Positions 19,224 to 21,806 of a stretch of DNA of 21,806 bases are shown here, piece after piece. Numbering within the stretch: position 1 is the stretch's first letter; each line of letters opens with the position of its first letter. The notes beneath the pieces are model-generated. The model saw only the letters and a program-made list of their open reading frames with translations, did not search any database and was not told where the DNA came from. Source of the DNA: Amoeboradix gromovi X-113 (Eukaryota > Fungi > Sanchytriomycota); the NCBI GenBank assembly GCA_018985225.1, contig JADGIF010000088.1, positions 1 through 21,806 on the forward strand, in the 5' to 3' direction. The translations under genes were made by a program, and so were the position numbers.

Positions 19224-19740
19224 TGGGACACCAAATATAAAAACTAGACTAACTTGTTTTTAGAAGAAGTGCTCCATATGGAGGAAATGCTATCATTAAT
19301 AAAAGATCTTCTTCTATTATACCAATTTTCTTTCACTACCTTCAATCCCCTCTTCAAAATAAAAGTAGAAGACCCTGCATCTCGTTCAAATATGAGGTCT
19401 TTGAGCATCTAAGCAAAAGGTGCATTTTCTTAGACGGTACTCTTTTCTAGTGTCATTTTGTAATGTTATACTAACATCATTACTCTTATCTATTTCTTTG
19501 AAGTGTAATAGTGATATTTTATTTGAAATAAAGATTGGATGAAAGAGTAAGAGAAAAGCTGTACAAAATATTTATTTTTGAGATTTCGACACAAAAAGTT
19601 ATTTATTTTCCTTTTATACTCGTCAACTCCGCAACTAGCTGAATGTCCACTCGCTTCTTGAATCCATAAAATTAATGGAGCTGAAATAATGTTCCAAGTT
19701 GTTACAGAAAGTTAGTCCAGTTTTTATATCTGATGTCCCA
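19224..19740 (-). mobile_element. TIR mini-element copy 3 (517 bp, both ends present) with Fanzor/TnpB-like 3' remnant
   Basis: Imperfect ~30-bp TIRs at 19224 (TGGGACACCAAATATAAAA...) and 19740 (...TTTTTATATCTGATGTCCCA). Minus strand reads YYTSKK*/KEYRLRKCTFCLDAQRPHI/ERDAGSSTFILKRG. Confidence 0.85.
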
Positions 19741-19988
19741 CATGTAAGACCTAGAATAAAATGGACCTTGTATCAATACATCGTCTTCCGCTACTTAATT
19801 TTATCGGCTATAATGCAGTTCAAGCCCATATCACTAGTTCAAGAAATCCATCAAAATTATTAGTTGTCCATTCCTCCTAACGCCTACGTTAAATGTGAAG
19901 AATTCGAAAATCATGAAGATTTCAAACCTCACACTTCTCAAGTGTAGACAACTTGGGGAGATACCATTTGAGCATGTTCTTGCCTACA

Positions 19989-20240
19989 TTATTTTGAAGT
20001 ACCTGGATTGATATCTCTATGGTCTTGGTGACCGCATTGCTGACAATTAAGGTAAGTTATGGTAGAATAGGCCTCATTAATAATCAATAAACTTTGACCA
20101 TACAACTTACATTTATGCGTGTAATGACGCAACGATTGAATCCTTTCATAACGCTTGCAGCTACTACAAGTGTTGGACACATCATATTGTTTTTGAATGG
20201 TCACAACTCTAATGAACTTTGAGTTCTTTTCATTTCGCAT
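19989..20240 (-). pseudogene. Second internally deleted IS607-like/Fanzor2 relic
   Basis: KFIRVVTIQKQYDVSNT (start of a TnpA-type HTH) joined to SLRHY..HKCKLYGQSLLIINEAYST...CQQCGHQDHRDIN (RuvC-II, Zn knuckle, RuvC-III). Confidence 0.7.
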
Positions 20241-20289
20241 ATTCTGATGCGAAAAAATTGCTCCAAGTCGTGGATCTGCAAAGTGTTGA

Positions 20290-20670
20290 ATGGTGACAAA
20301 ATACCAGTACCAATAAAAAGATGTCCTATGATATTGAGAGTTGTTTATTTTTTGTCTTTTTCACTTTCACGCCAACGGTCCTAGTTCTCCAGAGAATGAA
20401 GAATTCCAATGAGAAAAGGGCAACCAGTCGAATCATAATAGTTGTTGCTCAAGCTTCCAGATGACATTTTGCATTTGTCACACTTCAGAATTGCTTTCAT
20501 TGGGGTCTTTCGCCTTCTGCACATTTTACTGTAAATTTCTTCATGAAATTCAAGGAATGTCTTCCTGATGTTTAGACTATAACCCATTCGTAGAGCCGTT
20601 TGCTAATATAGAAGAGTACATTCTATATCGCTTTCGGTGTCTTTGAATGTGACTGTTTCTAGCTCATATT
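20290..20670 (-). pseudogene. FAR1/WRKY-like DNA-binding domain relic, possibly from a MULE transposase
   Basis: VTFKDTESDIECTLLY*QTALRMGYSLNIRKT...ILKCDK...STGCPFLIGI...*DRW, with in-frame stops. Confidence 0.45.
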
Positions 20671-20929
20671 ATTGTAGATATTTGCAACAAACGAAAAAAG
20701 TAAATATCATGTTTTTATCAGATTAGTAAATTTAGTATCGGAGCAATACAACTCTTGTAATTAGAATAAACGATGTGTTTAGTTAAATAGATTACTGTTC
20801 AACTTGAATACATTTACTTAGATAGTAGTGCACAATTCATTAAGCATGTCCTAAATCAGCATAAAAGCTACAAGTACAGCAAATTTTGTAAAACAAACAC
20901 GCCGAAAATATAATACACCAATACTTAAT

Positions 20930-21334
20930 CTACTTTTGCAACCTCGAATGCATGTCTTGTACTAGATCTGCTGTTCTACGAAGTAACTCAGCTCTGGAGA
21001 GCTTAACGTTACCAAGAATCGGTAAAACAATACTTTCAAGATATTTGTAACTAATTTGTATCTTTTCTCTTCGTCTTTTCTCGCTTTGAAGATGCAGCTG
21101 TCGCTTGTCTTCGTTTGTTTTTAGGTTTCTAGCTTCGTTAATGTGAACTATATTAGAAGATTGAGAAACTGCAGCCGTTCCAGTTCCTGCGGAATTGGGA
21201 GAGTTTATCAAATGTGGCCGGATAGTTTGAGGTATTTTTGGAGTCTTGTTTTCATTGTGTTCTGCAGATGTGTTGAGGGGGTGCAATGGCTCGGCGTAGT
21301 AAAAGTTTGAATTTGAAGACATCCAATCGTCCAT
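20930..21334 (-). CDS. bHLH transcription factor (Ino4/Mlx-like)
   Basis: KRQLHLQSEKRRREKIQ...KLSRAELLRRTADLV. Confidence 0.88.
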   Translation of the reverse strand: MDDWMSSNSNFYYAEPLHPLNTSAEHNENKTPKIPQTIRPHLINSPNSAGTGTAAVSQSSNIVHINEARNLKTNEDKRQLHLQSEKRRREKIQISYKYLESIVLPILGNVKLSRAELLRRTADLVQDMHSRLQK

Positions 21335-21421
21335 GGTGAATCTGGGTAGAAATTAATTTATCAATTGCACCAGGCACAATGATTGGTTTCTCTTGAAAAA
21401 ATTTCAATTCATTGAAGCATA

Positions 21422-21643
21422 TGAGACATCAAATATAAAAACTAGACTAACTTTCTGTAACAACTTGGAACATTATTTCAGCTTTATTACTTTATGGATT
21501 TAAGAGACGAGTGGACATTCAGCTAGTTGCGGAGTTGGCGAGTATAAAAGGAGAATAAATAACTTTTTGTATCGAAATTTCAAAAATAAATATTCTGTAC
21601 AGCTATTCTCTTGCTCTTTCATCCAATCTTTATTTCAAATAAA
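21422..21643 (+). mobile_element. Left-end part of TIR mini-element (copy 4)
   Basis: Closely similar to the reverse complement of about 19520-19740. Begins TGAGACATCAAATATAAAAACTAGACTAACT. Confidence 0.85.
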
Positions 21644-21646
21644 CCT

Positions 21647-21776
21647 CTGATTCATAATACCAACTCATAGTACTGATTCTTAATACCAACTCATAGTACT
21701 GATTCATAGTACTAATTCATAATACTGATTCATAATACTGATTCATAATACTGATTCATAATACTGATTCATAATA
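21647..21776. repeat. Minisatellite, 10 x 13 bp (consensus CTGATTCATAATA)
   Basis: Ten contiguous units counted. The last four are perfect; units 2 and 4 are the variant CCAACTCATAGTA. Confidence 0.95.
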
Positions 21777-21806
21777 GGGTATATTTTCATTTAAGAACTA
21801 TCCAGA

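Noticed and set aside
19520-21643. Long inverted repeat around the bHLH gene read as a composite (Pack-type) transposon
   Set aside because: Both repeats are left ends with their termini facing the bHLH segment, so the gene lies outside the elements.
21647-21776. CRISPR array or telomeric repeat
   Set aside because: No spacers, eukaryotic context, no G-rich strand, and unique sequence follows.

Overview
AT-rich, gene-dense eukaryotic nuclear DNA, most likely from a compact early-diverging fungal or holomycotan genome (inferred from LRO1, fungal group-I G-alpha, Ino4-like bHLH, mitochondrial L6 and ISA1, plus very short intergenic spacers). Housekeeping genes: ING-family PHD protein, PDAT/LRO1-like acyltransferase, hotdog thioesterase, C2H2 protein, MRPL6, G-alpha, Nic96-like nucleoporin, ISA1/IscA and a bHLH factor. 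Three things stand out. (1) A 911-aa protein made of five tandem globin-fold repeats, only three of which keep the proximal His. (2) Spliceosomal introns of only 19-20 nt. (3) Intergenic DNA full of relics of RNA-guided TnpB/Fanzor elements: four copies or part-copies of a TIR-bounded mini-element keeping the Fanzor 3' end, two internally deleted IS607-type TnpA-HTH::Fanzor2 fusions with downstream hairpins, a decayed Fanzor1 pseudogene, and weaker fragments. No intact Fanzor ORF is in the window. All family assignments come from motif recognition by eye; no searches were run.
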